NCBI GenBank assembly: GCA_045640945.1
Contig: JAZUGA010000087.1
Coordinates: forward strand, 1 to 45,791
Direction of reading: 5' to 3'
Length of the DNA: 45,791 nucleotides
Origin: Lachnospiraceae bacterium
GTDB taxonomy: Bacteria > Bacillota > Clostridia > Lachnospirales > Lachnospiraceae
Shown: piece by piece, positions 34,323-43,406 of the stretch
Position numbering within the stretch: position 1 is the first letter of the stretch
Layout: each line of letters starts with the position of its first letter
The notes under the pieces: generated by a model
The model's database searches: none
Seen by the model: the letters and a program-made list of their open reading frames with translations, nothing else
What the model was told of the DNA's origin: nothing
Made by a program: the position numbers and the translations under genes

Positions 34323-35069
34323 TTACTCATACTGAAACAGACTAAAATCCTGACACAGGAAGCGGGTCACATGTGCATCGCTGTCCGGAATTAATTTTCC
34401 ACCATTCTGGACAATATATTCCTGAATGTCCGGATTCGGATATGGCACATTTCTCCGTCCTCTGTTATAAGCTCCAAAGTTGACTTCAAAAATCGCACCA
34501 GTCTGCAATAACTGATCCACCGCCTTTTTCCAAGCCGCCACATACCGCGGATGGTTCTCATCGAAGAAATGCTGTTCCTGATTATAGATGGAAATCAGAT
34601 CGAAATGACCGATAATGTCGGCACCGGTACGTTTTACCACATCTGCTTCCGTTTCGAAAAACTTCTCCACCAAAGCATAATAATCGCCGTTAAAATACTT
34701 CTCCGCCATGTACGGATATTTCTCCGCTCCATCATCTACGGCAACATATTCCTCTCCCAGTTTCAGAAAATGGACAGAACCGATAATATAATCGAAACCT
34801 TCTGCAGGGAAATCCGACTCATAGTCCTGCTCAATTCCCAGCTTAATGGAAATCTGGTCTTTATACTTTTCCCTTAAAGCCAGAACCGTCTCTTTATATT
34901 CAGAATAGGTTTCCGGTTTCATGCAGTAATCGTCTTCAAAGCCCGTATAGGAATGGTCGGAAAAACCAATTTCCGTCATGCCTTTTTCGATGGCTGCCAG
35001 AACCATATCTTCTGCCGGATATTTTCCGTCACTGAATAACGTATGCACATGATAATCTTTTAAAATCAT
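34323..35069 (-). CDS. hisK: Histidinol-phosphatase, PHP family
   Basis: 248 aa with the N-terminal DYHVHT PHP motif. It is the last gene of the his operon and overlaps hisIE by 4 nt. Confidence 0.85.
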   Translation of the reverse strand: MILKDYHVHTLFSDGKYPAEDMVLAAIEKGMTEIGFSDHSYTGFEDDYCMKPETYSEYKETVLALREKYKDQISIKLGIEQDYESDFPAEGFDYIIGSVHFLKLGEEYVAVDDGAEKYPYMAEKYFNGDYYALVEKFFETEADVVKRTGADIIGHFDLISIYNQEQHFFDENHPRYVAAWKKAVDQLLQTGAIFEVNFGAYNRGRRNVPYPNPDIQEYIVQNGGKLIPDSDAHVTRFLCQDFSLFQYE

Positions 35070-35725
35070 TGATTATCCCCTGTCATTTTTTCCTGTTTTA
35101 CTTTTTTGTCGATAACATGGCGGGAAGCTAATTCTTTATGAATATCTTCCAGACTGATACCGGCTTCAATCATAAGTACCATTACATGATAAGCCAGGTC
35201 AGCAATTTCATAGATGGTTTCTTTTTTATCTTCTGCTTTGGCAGCAATGATAACTTCGGTACTTTCCTCGCCGACCTTCTTTAAGATTTTATCCAGACCT
35301 TTTTCAAAAAGATACGTGGTATAAGAGCCTTCTTTTTTCTCTGTCTTTCTTCCTTCAATAAGCTCCATAAGGCCTTCATAAGAAAACTCTTTTCTCTCCT
35401 CGCTTTCAAAAACCGGATAGTCGAAGCAGGACTTGGTTCCTAAATGGCAGGCAGGACCTTCCGGCTCTACAACAACCACTAAAGCGTCCTTGTCGCAGTC
35501 TGCGGTAATAGAAACGATGTGCTGATAATTTCCACTGGTCTCGCCCTTCAGCCAAAGTTCATTTCTGGAACGGCTCCAGAAGCAGGTCAGCTCCTTTTCC
35601 ATGGAAATCTTCAGGCTTTCTTCATTCATATAAGCAAGAGTCAGTACCTGTTTTGAAACAGAGTCTACAACGATTGCCGGAATCAGGCCTTTCTCATCAA
35701 ATTTTAATTCTTCAATGTTAACCAT
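35066..35725 (-). CDS. hisIE: Bifunctional phosphoribosyl-AMP cyclohydrolase / phosphoribosyl-ATP pyrophosphatase
   Basis: 219 aa. The HisI motif is C....L.V.V......CH.G..SCF. The HisE-like C-terminal half contains E..DL.YH..VL. Confidence 0.92.
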   Translation of the reverse strand: MVNIEELKFDEKGLIPAIVVDSVSKQVLTLAYMNEESLKISMEKELTCFWSRSRNELWLKGETSGNYQHIVSITADCDKDALVVVVEPEGPACHLGTKSCFDYPVFESEERKEFSYEGLMELIEGRKTEKKEGSYTTYLFEKGLDKILKKVGEESTEVIIAAKAEDKKETIYEIADLAYHVMVLMIEAGISLEDIHKELASRHVIDKKVKQEKMTGDNQ

Positions 35726-35739
35726 ATATTTTCACCTTT

Positions 35740-36498
35740 CTATATTCTGGAAGGAATATTATTCTTCTTCATTTCCTTTTTCAAGTCGGTAATGGATACT
35801 TCTCCAAAGTGGAAAATGGACGCTGCCAGGCCCGCATCCACCTTCGGCAAAGTGTGGAACAAAGTGATGAAATCATCAATACATCCAGCACCACCGGAAG
35901 CGATAACCGGTACGGAAACTGCATCGCATACCGCCTGAAGCATTTCCAGATCAAAGCCTTTCTTAACGCCGTCGGTATCGATGGAATTTACAACAACCTC
36001 TCCTGCTCCATTGCCTACACAACGTTTGATCCATTCGATGGCTTCCATTCCAGTATCTTCTCTGCCGCCCTTGGCAAATACACGGAACTGACCGTCTACT
36101 CGCTTAACGTCTACGGAAAGGACAACGCACTGGTCACCATACAGCTTTGCAGCTTCTTCCACCAGACCTGGATTCCGGATGGCTCCGGAGTTTACGCTTA
36201 CTTTGTCCGCGCCGCATTTTAATACCCGGTCGAAATCATCTACCGAATCAATACCGCCGCCAACGGTCAGTGGAATAAATACGTTCGCTGCAGTCTCAAC
36301 CAAAATATCGGTAAAGATTTCTCTGCCCTCCGCAGAAGCGGTTATATCATAAAAGACCAGCTCGTCTGCCCCGTTGGCACTGTAATATTTCGCCAGTTCG
36401 ATCGGAGAAGACACGTCTTTTAAGCCTTCAAAATTTGTTCCTTTTACTACTCTTCCGTTTTTTACATCCAAACACGGAATTATTCTCTTGGTAATCAT
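35740..36498 (-). CDS. hisF: Imidazole glycerol phosphate synthase, cyclase subunit
   Basis: 252 aa with RIIPCLDV and GADKVSVNS motifs. Confidence 0.95.
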   Translation of the reverse strand: MITKRIIPCLDVKNGRVVKGTNFEGLKDVSSPIELAKYYSANGADELVFYDITASAEGREIFTDILVETAANVFIPLTVGGGIDSVDDFDRVLKCGADKVSVNSGAIRNPGLVEEAAKLYGDQCVVLSVDVKRVDGQFRVFAKGGREDTGMEAIEWIKRCVGNGAGEVVVNSIDTDGVKKGFDLEMLQAVCDAVSVPVIASGGAGCIDDFITLFHTLPKVDAGLAASIFHFGEVSITDLKKEMKKNNIPSRI

Positions 36499-36523
36499 GA
36501 ATTATCCTCTATTTACAGAATTC

Positions 36524-37237
36524 TTATTTTGCCAGTTCAATGGCCTCGGTTAAAGAAATCGCTCCTGTGTAATAAGCTTTTCCGATAATGGCTCCATAAA
36601 GGTCATAGCTTCTTAATGCCTTAACATCGTCCAAAGTGGAAACGCCGCCGGAAGCTACAATCTGAACCTCAAACCGTTTTGCCAGTTCCTGATACAGAGC
36701 TCGGTTGGTTCCTACCATAGCTCCGTCTTTGGATATATCGGTACAGATTAAAGTTTTTACGCCAATGCCAACCATCTCTTTACAGAAATCAAAAGCATCG
36801 ATGCCGGAGCTTTCGGTCCAGCCTTTCACAGCAACAGCTCCATCTTTTATATCAATACCTACGGCAATTTTCTCACCATAAGCTGCCACCGATTCTTTCA
36901 CGAAATTCCGGTCTGCGACAGCTGCCGTTCCTAAAATTACCCGGTCCAAGCCGCTGCCAATATATTTCTCAATGACTTCCATGCTACGGATTCCGCCACC
37001 GATTTCGCAGAACAGACCGCTGTTTTTCTTAATATCCACAACCACATCAAAGTTTGGAGTGGTTCCTTCTTTGGCGCCCTCTAAATCTACCAGGTGGATG
37101 GCGGAAGCGCCCTTTGCTTTAAAATCAAGAGCTACGTCCACTGGATCATGGCTGTAAACGGTTTTCTGCGCATAATCCCCTTTGTAAAGTCTTACAGCTT
37201 CTTTCTCATATAAATCAATCGCCGGAAAAATTAACAT
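36524..37237 (-). CDS. hisA: ProFAR isomerase
   Basis: 237 aa with the IFPAIDL start and a (beta/alpha)8 HisA pattern. It overlaps hisH by 7 nt. Confidence 0.93.
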   Translation of the reverse strand: MLIFPAIDLYEKEAVRLYKGDYAQKTVYSHDPVDVALDFKAKGASAIHLVDLEGAKEGTTPNFDVVVDIKKNSGLFCEIGGGIRSMEVIEKYIGSGLDRVILGTAAVADRNFVKESVAAYGEKIAVGIDIKDGAVAVKGWTESSGIDAFDFCKEMVGIGVKTLICTDISKDGAMVGTNRALYQELAKRFEVQIVASGGVSTLDDVKALRSYDLYGAIIGKAYYTGAISLTEAIELAK

Positions 37238-37866
37238 GAAGCACCTTCCTTTCCGGTCATTTCACAAAAGCTCTTTAAGATTGCCAGACCTGTTTCTCCG
37301 CTTTTCTCCGGATGGAACTGACATCCCATTACATTTCCTTTTGCTACTGCTGCCGTAACATCTACATCATATTCCACGGTTGCAATGGTGCTGTCTTCAC
37401 AATTCTTTGCATAGAAGGAATGCACGAAGTAAACACAGTCGCCTTCCTGGATATATTTGAAGAGAGGGTGCTTCTCTCCCTTAAAATCAAGACCGTTCCA
37501 GCCCATATGAGGCACTTTCAGGTCTTTACGGATATCTTCTGCTAACGGGCAAATTTGGCCCTTTAAAAGGCCTAATCCTTCGTGCTCACCATACTCAAAG
37601 CTTTTTTCAAATAACAGCTGCATTCCTAAGCAGATACCCATTAAAGGCTTGCCCTTCGCCGCCTGCTCTTTTACGACCTCTGCCATTCCTGTTTCTTTTA
37701 ATTTTTTTGCAGCATCCTCAAAGGCACCTACGCCCGGGAGAATGATTTTCTCTGCTTTTTCTATTACTTCTTTATCCGATGTAACAACGACTTCCTGTCC
37801 GATTGCTGCGAAGCTGCTCTTTAAGGAAAACAGATTGCCTACACCATAATCAATAATCGCTATCAT
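37231..37866 (-). CDS. hisH: Imidazole glycerol phosphate synthase, glutaminase subunit
   Basis: 211 aa with IIDYG.GN, GVGAF, the catalytic GICLGMQ, and HPEKS. Confidence 0.95.
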   Translation of the reverse strand: MIAIIDYGVGNLFSLKSSFAAIGQEVVVTSDKEVIEKAEKIILPGVGAFEDAAKKLKETGMAEVVKEQAAKGKPLMGICLGMQLLFEKSFEYGEHEGLGLLKGQICPLAEDIRKDLKVPHMGWNGLDFKGEKHPLFKYIQEGDCVYFVHSFYAKNCEDSTIATVEYDVDVTAAVAKGNVMGCQFHPEKSGETGLAILKSFCEMTGKEGASC

Positions 37867-38453
37867 TACAGAACTCCTTTGGTTGACGGAATCTCACCGG
37901 CAAATTCCTGATCAATGGCTACCGCCTGACGGAGGCTTCGTCCAATGGACTTATAAGCGCCTTCAATAATGTGGTGGGAATTTTTACCGGAAAGCTGACG
38001 GAAATGAACCGCACATTCTGCCTGGCGGACAAAACCCATCCAGAACTCTTCTACTAATTCCGTATCAAAATCGCCTACTTTTTCCGTAGGAATATCCAGC
38101 TCGAAGCCTAGATAAGATCTTCCGGAAAAATCTACTGCGGAAAGAATCAGCGCTTCGTCCATTGGAAGAACGGTATCGCCATAACGGTGAATTCCCCTTT
38201 TATCTCCCAAGGCATCCTTAAAAGCTTTTCCTAAAGCGATTCCGATGTCCTCTACGGAATGATGATAATCTACATAAGTGTCGCCTTTGCAGGTAACATC
38301 TAAATCAAAACGGCCATGGGAAGCAAACAAAGTCAGCATATGGTCCATAAATCCGCAGCCCGTATCAATGGTGCTTTTTCCCGTTCCGTCCAGTTCCAAA
38401 GAAAGGGCGATATCGGTTTCAGCAGTTTTTCGATTTACTTGCGCGTTTCTCAT
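37866..38453 (-). CDS. hisB: Imidazoleglycerol-phosphate dehydratase
   Basis: 195 aa with R.T.ET.I, D.HH..E and HH..E motifs. Confidence 0.95.
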   Translation of the reverse strand: MRNAQVNRKTAETDIALSLELDGTGKSTIDTGCGFMDHMLTLFASHGRFDLDVTCKGDTYVDYHHSVEDIGIALGKAFKDALGDKRGIHRYGDTVLPMDEALILSAVDFSGRSYLGFELDIPTEKVGDFDTELVEEFWMGFVRQAECAVHFRQLSGKNSHHIIEGAYKSIGRSLRQAVAIDQEFAGEIPSTKGVL

Positions 38454-39505
38454 TGTAACAGCTCCTTCAATACATCAATTAATTCCTGCATCTGTTCCAT
38501 GCTTCCAATGGTAATCCGGTTGTAATCTCTTAACCGGTCTTTTTCAAAGTGACGGACTAAAATGCCTCTTTCTTTTAAAGCCAGATATAAATCCTGTCCA
38601 CCCATTTTCGGAGTCTTCGCAAAAATGAAATTTGCCTTGGAATCGGTCATTTCAAAGCCTAGCTTTTTCAGTTCTTCTTCCGTATATTTCCGGTTTTCCA
38701 TAATGGTCTGGCAATTTTTCTTAAAATACTCCTCATCACCTAAAGCACCAATTCCGGCAGCCATAGTCATACGGTTAATGTTGTATGGGTTGGTGGAATA
38801 TTTAATAGTATTCAGATCTCCAATCAGTTCTTTGCAGGCAGCACCAAAACCTAAGCGGGCACCAGCCATGGAACGGGATTTGGAAAAAGTCTGAATTACC
38901 AGTAAGTTGTCATATGTGTGGATCAGATCCAGGCAGCTTTCTCCGCCAAAATCTACATAAGCTTCATCAATTACCACAACATTATTCGGATTACTCTCGA
39001 TGATTTTAATAATGTCTTCCTTGGCTAAAGCGATGCCCGTTGGTGCATTCGGATTCGCGATGAAGATGGTCTTATGAATTCCCATATAATCGTTAATATC
39101 GATCGTAAAATCTTCTTTCAGCGGAATCTGAACATAAGGCACATTGTTTACCTGGGCATATACGCTGTAAAAGCCATAGGTAATATCTGCAAAAGCTGCT
39201 GGATGTTTTTCATCGCAGAAAGCCATAAAAGCAAAGTTCAGGATTTCGTCGGAGCCGTTGGTGAATAAAATTTCGTCTTTTTCCACGCCTAGTTTTTCCG
39301 TGGCAATGTCTATCAGGGCTTTTACTTCTGGATCGGAATATAACTGTAAGTCTCCCACAGCCTGTCTTGCCAGTCTCTGAGCGAAAGGTGAAGGCGGGAA
39401 TGGGGACTCATTGGTATTTAACTTGTTGAATTTTCTTTCCTGTGGCTGCTCGCCAGGAGTGTATGGCGTCAGATCTTTATATTTCTCACTGAAAAAGCTG
39501 CTCAT
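38450..39505 (-). CDS. hisC: Histidinol-phosphate aminotransferase
   Basis: 351 aa with L..NE.P and the PLP-lysine motif FSKS.SMAG.R.G. Confidence 0.93.
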   Translation of the reverse strand: MSSFFSEKYKDLTPYTPGEQPQERKFNKLNTNESPFPPSPFAQRLARQAVGDLQLYSDPEVKALIDIATEKLGVEKDEILFTNGSDEILNFAFMAFCDEKHPAAFADITYGFYSVYAQVNNVPYVQIPLKEDFTIDINDYMGIHKTIFIANPNAPTGIALAKEDIIKIIESNPNNVVVIDEAYVDFGGESCLDLIHTYDNLLVIQTFSKSRSMAGARLGFGAACKELIGDLNTIKYSTNPYNINRMTMAAGIGALGDEEYFKKNCQTIMENRKYTEEELKKLGFEMTDSKANFIFAKTPKMGGQDLYLALKERGILVRHFEKDRLRDYNRITIGSMEQMQELIDVLKELLQ

Positions 39506-40782
39506 TCTTCTTCCTCCGTACGGATTACTGCGCTCTTTGCGTGAGCCGTAAGTCCTTCTTTCTTTGCAAAGGTTGCCACGTCTTCTGTCACCTTTGCCAA
39601 AGCATCTTTTGTATAGTAGGTGTACTGCATTTTCTTTACAAAATCGTCAACGGACAGCGGGCTGGAAAATCTTGCGGTACCGCTGGTTGGCAAAGTATGG
39701 TTTGGTCCGGCGAAATAATCTCCTAAAGCTTCCGGACAATTTCTTCCCAGGAATACAGAGCCTGCGTTGCGGATGGAATCCAGATAATCAAACGGATTAT
39801 CTACACAAAGTTCCAGATGCTCCGGAGCGATTTCGTTGGCAATGTCGATTACCTTTTCCAGATCATCGGCTACAATAATTTTACCATTGTTATCGATAGA
39901 AGCTCTTGCGATTTCCGCTCTTTCCAGTTTTGGAATCTGAACTTCTAATTCTTTCTGAACCTCTGCTGCCAGTTCTGCAGAATCGGTTACTAAAACTGCG
40001 CTGGCTAATTTATCATGCTCTGCCTGAGACAGTAAATCTGCTGCCACATGTTTCGCATTGGATTTTCCGTCTGCAATAATCAGAATCTCGCTTGGTCCTG
40101 CAATCATGTCGATGGATACATTTCCATATACCTGCTTCTTCGCTTCCGCTACAAAAGCATTTCCTGGTCCTACGATTTTATCAACTTTTGGAATGGATTC
40201 TGTTCCATAAGCTAAAGCCGCGATAGCCTGAGCGCCACCAACCTTAAAAATTTTATCCATGCCCGCAACAGAAGCTGCTGCCAGAATGTATGGATTGATT
40301 TTTCCATCGCTGTTCGGAGGCGTTACCATAACGACTTCCGGGCAACCTGCAATTTTAGCAGGAATGGTATCCATTAAAACGGTAGATGGATAAGCAGCAG
40401 TGCCTCCTGGAACATATAAACCAGCCTTGTCTACCGGAATAACTTTCTGTCCCATAACGATACCCTTTTCATCGTTAATGATGAAGCTGGTTCTTTTTTG
40501 TTTTTCATGGAATTTACGGATGTTTGCAGCTGCTTTTTTCAAAATCTCCACAAACTCTGGCTCTACCTGATTAAGAGCTTCATCGATTTCTTCCGGGCTT
40601 ACCAAAAGCTGGTCCAAATGGGCATTGTCAAACTTCTCATTATATTCAAAAAGGGCTGCATCGCCTCTTGCCTTAACGTTGTCGATAATGTCCTTAACAA
40701 TATCTTCTACGTTAACCGCAGGCTCCACCCGTGCAAAAATGTCTTCGTTTTTAACTTCGCCGAACTTCAGAATCTTAATCAT
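39502..40782 (-). CDS. hisD: Histidinol dehydrogenase
   Basis: I trimmed the track ORF to ATG 40782 (MIKILKF...), which is preceded by GGAGG at a 7-nt spacing. The HisD pattern is present (QAEHD, GD...G.NH.LPT). Confidence 0.93.
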   Translation of the reverse strand: MIKILKFGEVKNEDIFARVEPAVNVEDIVKDIIDNVKARGDAALFEYNEKFDNAHLDQLLVSPEEIDEALNQVEPEFVEILKKAAANIRKFHEKQKRTSFIINDEKGIVMGQKVIPVDKAGLYVPGGTAAYPSTVLMDTIPAKIAGCPEVVMVTPPNSDGKINPYILAAASVAGMDKIFKVGGAQAIAALAYGTESIPKVDKIVGPGNAFVAEAKKQVYGNVSIDMIAGPSEILIIADGKSNAKHVAADLLSQAEHDKLASAVLVTDSAELAAEVQKELEVQIPKLERAEIARASIDNNGKIIVADDLEKVIDIANEIAPEHLELCVDNPFDYLDSIRNAGSVFLGRNCPEALGDYFAGPNHTLPTSGTARFSSPLSVDDFVKKMQYTYYTKDALAKVTEDVATFAKKEGLTAHAKSAVIRTEEEE

Positions 40783-40823
40783 GTTCTTTCCTCCAATCAC
40801 CGAAAGTGATTTCTATATTTATT

Positions 40824-42281
40824 TCAAACAATATCAGCAATCGTATCTACCAGTTTCTTAATCTGGTTTCCTTTAAATTTCAATGCGGACTTGTTCGCAA
40901 TCAGTCTTGCGGAAATCGGAACGATTTCATCCACAACCTCCAGATTGTTTTCTTTTAATGTGGTTCCCGTTTCTACAATGTCCACAATTACATCAGAAAG
41001 GCCTAACAACGGAGCCAGTTCGATGGAACCGTTTAAATGAATTATATCAATATCGCGGCCTTTTGACTGATAAAATTTCTGTGCTATCTTAGCAAATTTT
41101 GTAGCTACTCTCAATGTTTTCGAAGGGTCATCCTGAAAGTCTTTTGGGGCAGCCACTGCCATTCTGCAGATGCCGGTCTTCATATCCAAAAGTTCGCTGA
41201 TGTCCGGCTCATATTCTAACAGAATATCTTTTCCGCAAACACCAATATCTGCTGCGCCACGCTCTACATATATCGAAACATCCGAAGGTTTTACCCAGAA
41301 ATATCTTACTTTATTTTCACTGTTTTCAAAAATCAGCTTACGGTTTACTTCCAGAATCGAAGGACATTCATAGCCAGCTTTTGCAAACAGCTCATAAACC
41401 TTCTCTCCCAGTCTTCCCTTTGGAAGAGCTACGCTGATGTACTCGTCCTTTTCTTCATTTTCCAGAGAATCTACCCAGTCCAGCTCATCTACATAAACTG
41501 CGAAGCCGATGGCTTTGGAACGGCGGCGCATTTTCTGCATCAGATTATCGTACTGACCACCGGATAATACTGCAGTCGGAACGTTTTTAATAAATCCCTT
41601 AAATACGATGCCATTGTAGTAATTTACATCGTCATCCATAGAGAAATCAAAGTGAATAAACTCTGCTGCTTCGCTTGCGCATAATTTCTCAATAATCTTC
41701 AGGAAAGCTGAAATCGCACAGTCTTCCGAAAATGGAGCTGCGATTTTTGCCAAGGCTTCTTTGTTTTCCTGAATGCCACCGCGGATGGCCATCAGCTGAT
41801 TGGTAAGTTCTTCATCATCGACAACTTTCTTGATCAGGTCAAGATTGGAAATGGCCAGAACCATGTCCTCCGATATCAGCTTCATGCTGTCTGCGGCTAA
41901 AAGAAGAATGTTTACTACTTCCTCTTCCGATACGTTGCCAAAGCACTCTACACCAGCCTGCATCAGTTCCTTAAAGGAGCCGGTGCCGGAAGATACACGG
42001 TAAACATTTTCATTGTAATAAACCTTCTGTAATTCATCTGGAAGGTCCTTCGAATTCTTAATAATAGAAAGAGTTACGTCCGGCTTTAAAGCCATCAGCT
42101 TTCCATCCGTATCCGTAAAGGTGATTACATTATCCGAAACCAGAAAGTCCTTGTTTCTGGCATAAAGATCATACTCTTCAAATTTGCTCATTCTATAAGG
42201 GGCAAAGCCGTGATTAATATAAAGCTCCCTCAGTGCAAAAATGTACTTTTCTCCCCTTTGTAAAACTGCTTCGTTTATCAT
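40824..42281 (-). CDS. hisZG: Fused HisZ-like regulatory domain plus short-form ATP phosphoribosyltransferase HisG
   Basis: 485 aa. Residues 1 to about 275 show HisRS-paralog motifs (LKPDVT, ELMQAGVECFG, YYNGIVFKGF, SGGQYDNL). From about residue 280 the sequence reads ISVALPKGRL...ATKF..IA..Y, which is HisG-short. Confidence 0.8.
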   Translation of the reverse strand: MINEAVLQRGEKYIFALRELYINHGFAPYRMSKFEEYDLYARNKDFLVSDNVITFTDTDGKLMALKPDVTLSIIKNSKDLPDELQKVYYNENVYRVSSGTGSFKELMQAGVECFGNVSEEEVVNILLLAADSMKLISEDMVLAISNLDLIKKVVDDEELTNQLMAIRGGIQENKEALAKIAAPFSEDCAISAFLKIIEKLCASEAAEFIHFDFSMDDDVNYYNGIVFKGFIKNVPTAVLSGGQYDNLMQKMRRRSKAIGFAVYVDELDWVDSLENEEKDEYISVALPKGRLGEKVYELFAKAGYECPSILEVNRKLIFENSENKVRYFWVKPSDVSIYVERGAADIGVCGKDILLEYEPDISELLDMKTGICRMAVAAPKDFQDDPSKTLRVATKFAKIAQKFYQSKGRDIDIIHLNGSIELAPLLGLSDVIVDIVETGTTLKENNLEVVDEIVPISARLIANKSALKFKGNQIKKLVDTIADIV

Positions 42282-42300
42282 ATTATTTCTCCGTTCACTT

Positions 42301-42349
42301 TAGTATGGTAGTGTGCTACCATACTACCTTAATAAAGCCATTTGGTCAA
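42301..42349 (-). promoter_or_regulatory. his operon promoter overlapped by a 26-bp perfect palindrome (candidate repressor operator)
   Basis: Minus strand has TTGACC (42349..42344), a 17-nt spacer, then TAGTAT (42326..42321). The palindrome tagtatggtag-tgtg-ctaccatacta (42301..42326) covers the -10 and the expected start site. Confidence 0.55.
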
Positions 42350-42371
42350 GCCTTATTTCATATATGTTTTC

Positions 42372-42400
42372 TTGAGTTCTATCAGATTAAATGATACCAT
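42372..42400 (+). promoter_or_regulatory. Candidate promoter of the GT2 gene
   Basis: TTGAGT (42372..42377), a 17-nt spacer, TACCAT (42395..42400), then 6 nt before ATG 42407. No SD is present. Confidence 0.35.
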
Positions 42401-42406
42401 ATATTT

Positions 42407-43378
42407 ATGAATAATGTTCTGGCAATTGTCGTAACCTATAACCGTTTAAATATGTTAAAAGAAGTCGTTTCTGCCCTCCTTGGACAGACTTCTCCTTGTG
42501 ACATTTTAATCGTCGATAATGCAAGTACGGACGACACTGCGAACTGGGTCAAAAGCTATATAGCTAGTCTCGATTCCTCCCCTTCCGTCCTGCTTTATGA
42601 AAACACCGGAGCCAATTTAGGAGGTGCCGGTGGTTTCAATTATGGTATGCGACGTGGCGTGGAAATGGGCTATTCCTATGTTTGGATCATGGACGATGAT
42701 GCTATCGCCCAGCCAGAAGCTTTAACCGAGCTTTTAAAGGGTGATGCCTGCTTGGGCGGACCTGCCAATTATGGTTTCCTTTCCAGCATCGTTTACTGGA
42801 CCGATGGCAAGCTCTGCACCATGAACACCCAGAGAACTCCTTCTCATTATTTAAAGGATGAAGAGGTTCCGCCGGCAAAAGAATTATTCTGTACGGAGGA
42901 TTGTAAAAGAGGTCTGATTCCGATTGAAACTGCAACTTTCGTCTCTCTTTTGATACCGGCTTCCACTATTCTCAAAGTAGGTCTTCCGATTAAGGAATTC
43001 TTTATCTGGAGCGATGATATTGAATTTACGGTCCGTACCACAATAAAAAATAAACTGCCAGCATACATCGTTCCAACCAGTGACATCATCCATAAAACGA
43101 AAAACAACGCCGGCAGCGACATTGTTATGGATGATGCAGAACGAATCGACCGTTATCGTTACGCCGTAAGAAATGGCGGCTATGCTTATAAGCAATATGG
43201 TTTCCGTCACTACTGTGCGTATCTGTATGGTCTGACCAAAAGCTGGTTTCTGATCTGGTTTAAAGCGAAGGACAATAAATTAAAAAGAAGCCGGGTGCTC
43301 TGCAGCAGTTTCTTTAAAGGATTAACTTTCAATCCCCCAATTGAATTCGTTGATGAAAATAAAATAGAGAAAAAATAA
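42407..43378 (+). CDS. Family-2 glycosyltransferase (rhamnosyl/galactofuranosyl-transferase-like)
   Basis: 323 aa with IVVTYNR, DNASTD and MDDDA motifs. Confidence 0.8.
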   Translation: MNNVLAIVVTYNRLNMLKEVVSALLGQTSPCDILIVDNASTDDTANWVKSYIASLDSSPSVLLYENTGANLGGAGGFNYGMRRGVEMGYSYVWIMDDDAIAQPEALTELLKGDACLGGPANYGFLSSIVYWTDGKLCTMNTQRTPSHYLKDEEVPPAKELFCTEDCKRGLIPIETATFVSLLIPASTILKVGLPIKEFFIWSDDIEFTVRTTIKNKLPAYIVPTSDIIHKTKNNAGSDIVMDDAERIDRYRYAVRNGGYAYKQYGFRHYCAYLYGLTKSWFLIWFKAKDNKLKRSRVLCSSFFKGLTFNPPIEFVDENKIEKK

Positions 43379-43380
43379 AA

Positions 43381-43406
43381 AGGCGCTTTATTTAGCGCCT
43401 TTTCTT
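43381..43406. terminator. Bidirectional terminator between convergent glycan genes
   Basis: aggcgct (43381..43387) pairs with agcgcct (43394..43400). It is flanked by A and T runs and overlaps the stop codon of the minus-strand gene. Confidence 0.7.

Noticed and set aside
42282-42406. A T-box or attenuator leader upstream of the his operon
   Set aside because: Only 125 bp separate the divergent start codons, and both promoters lie inside that span. There is no specifier or T-box sequence and no terminator/antiterminator pair.
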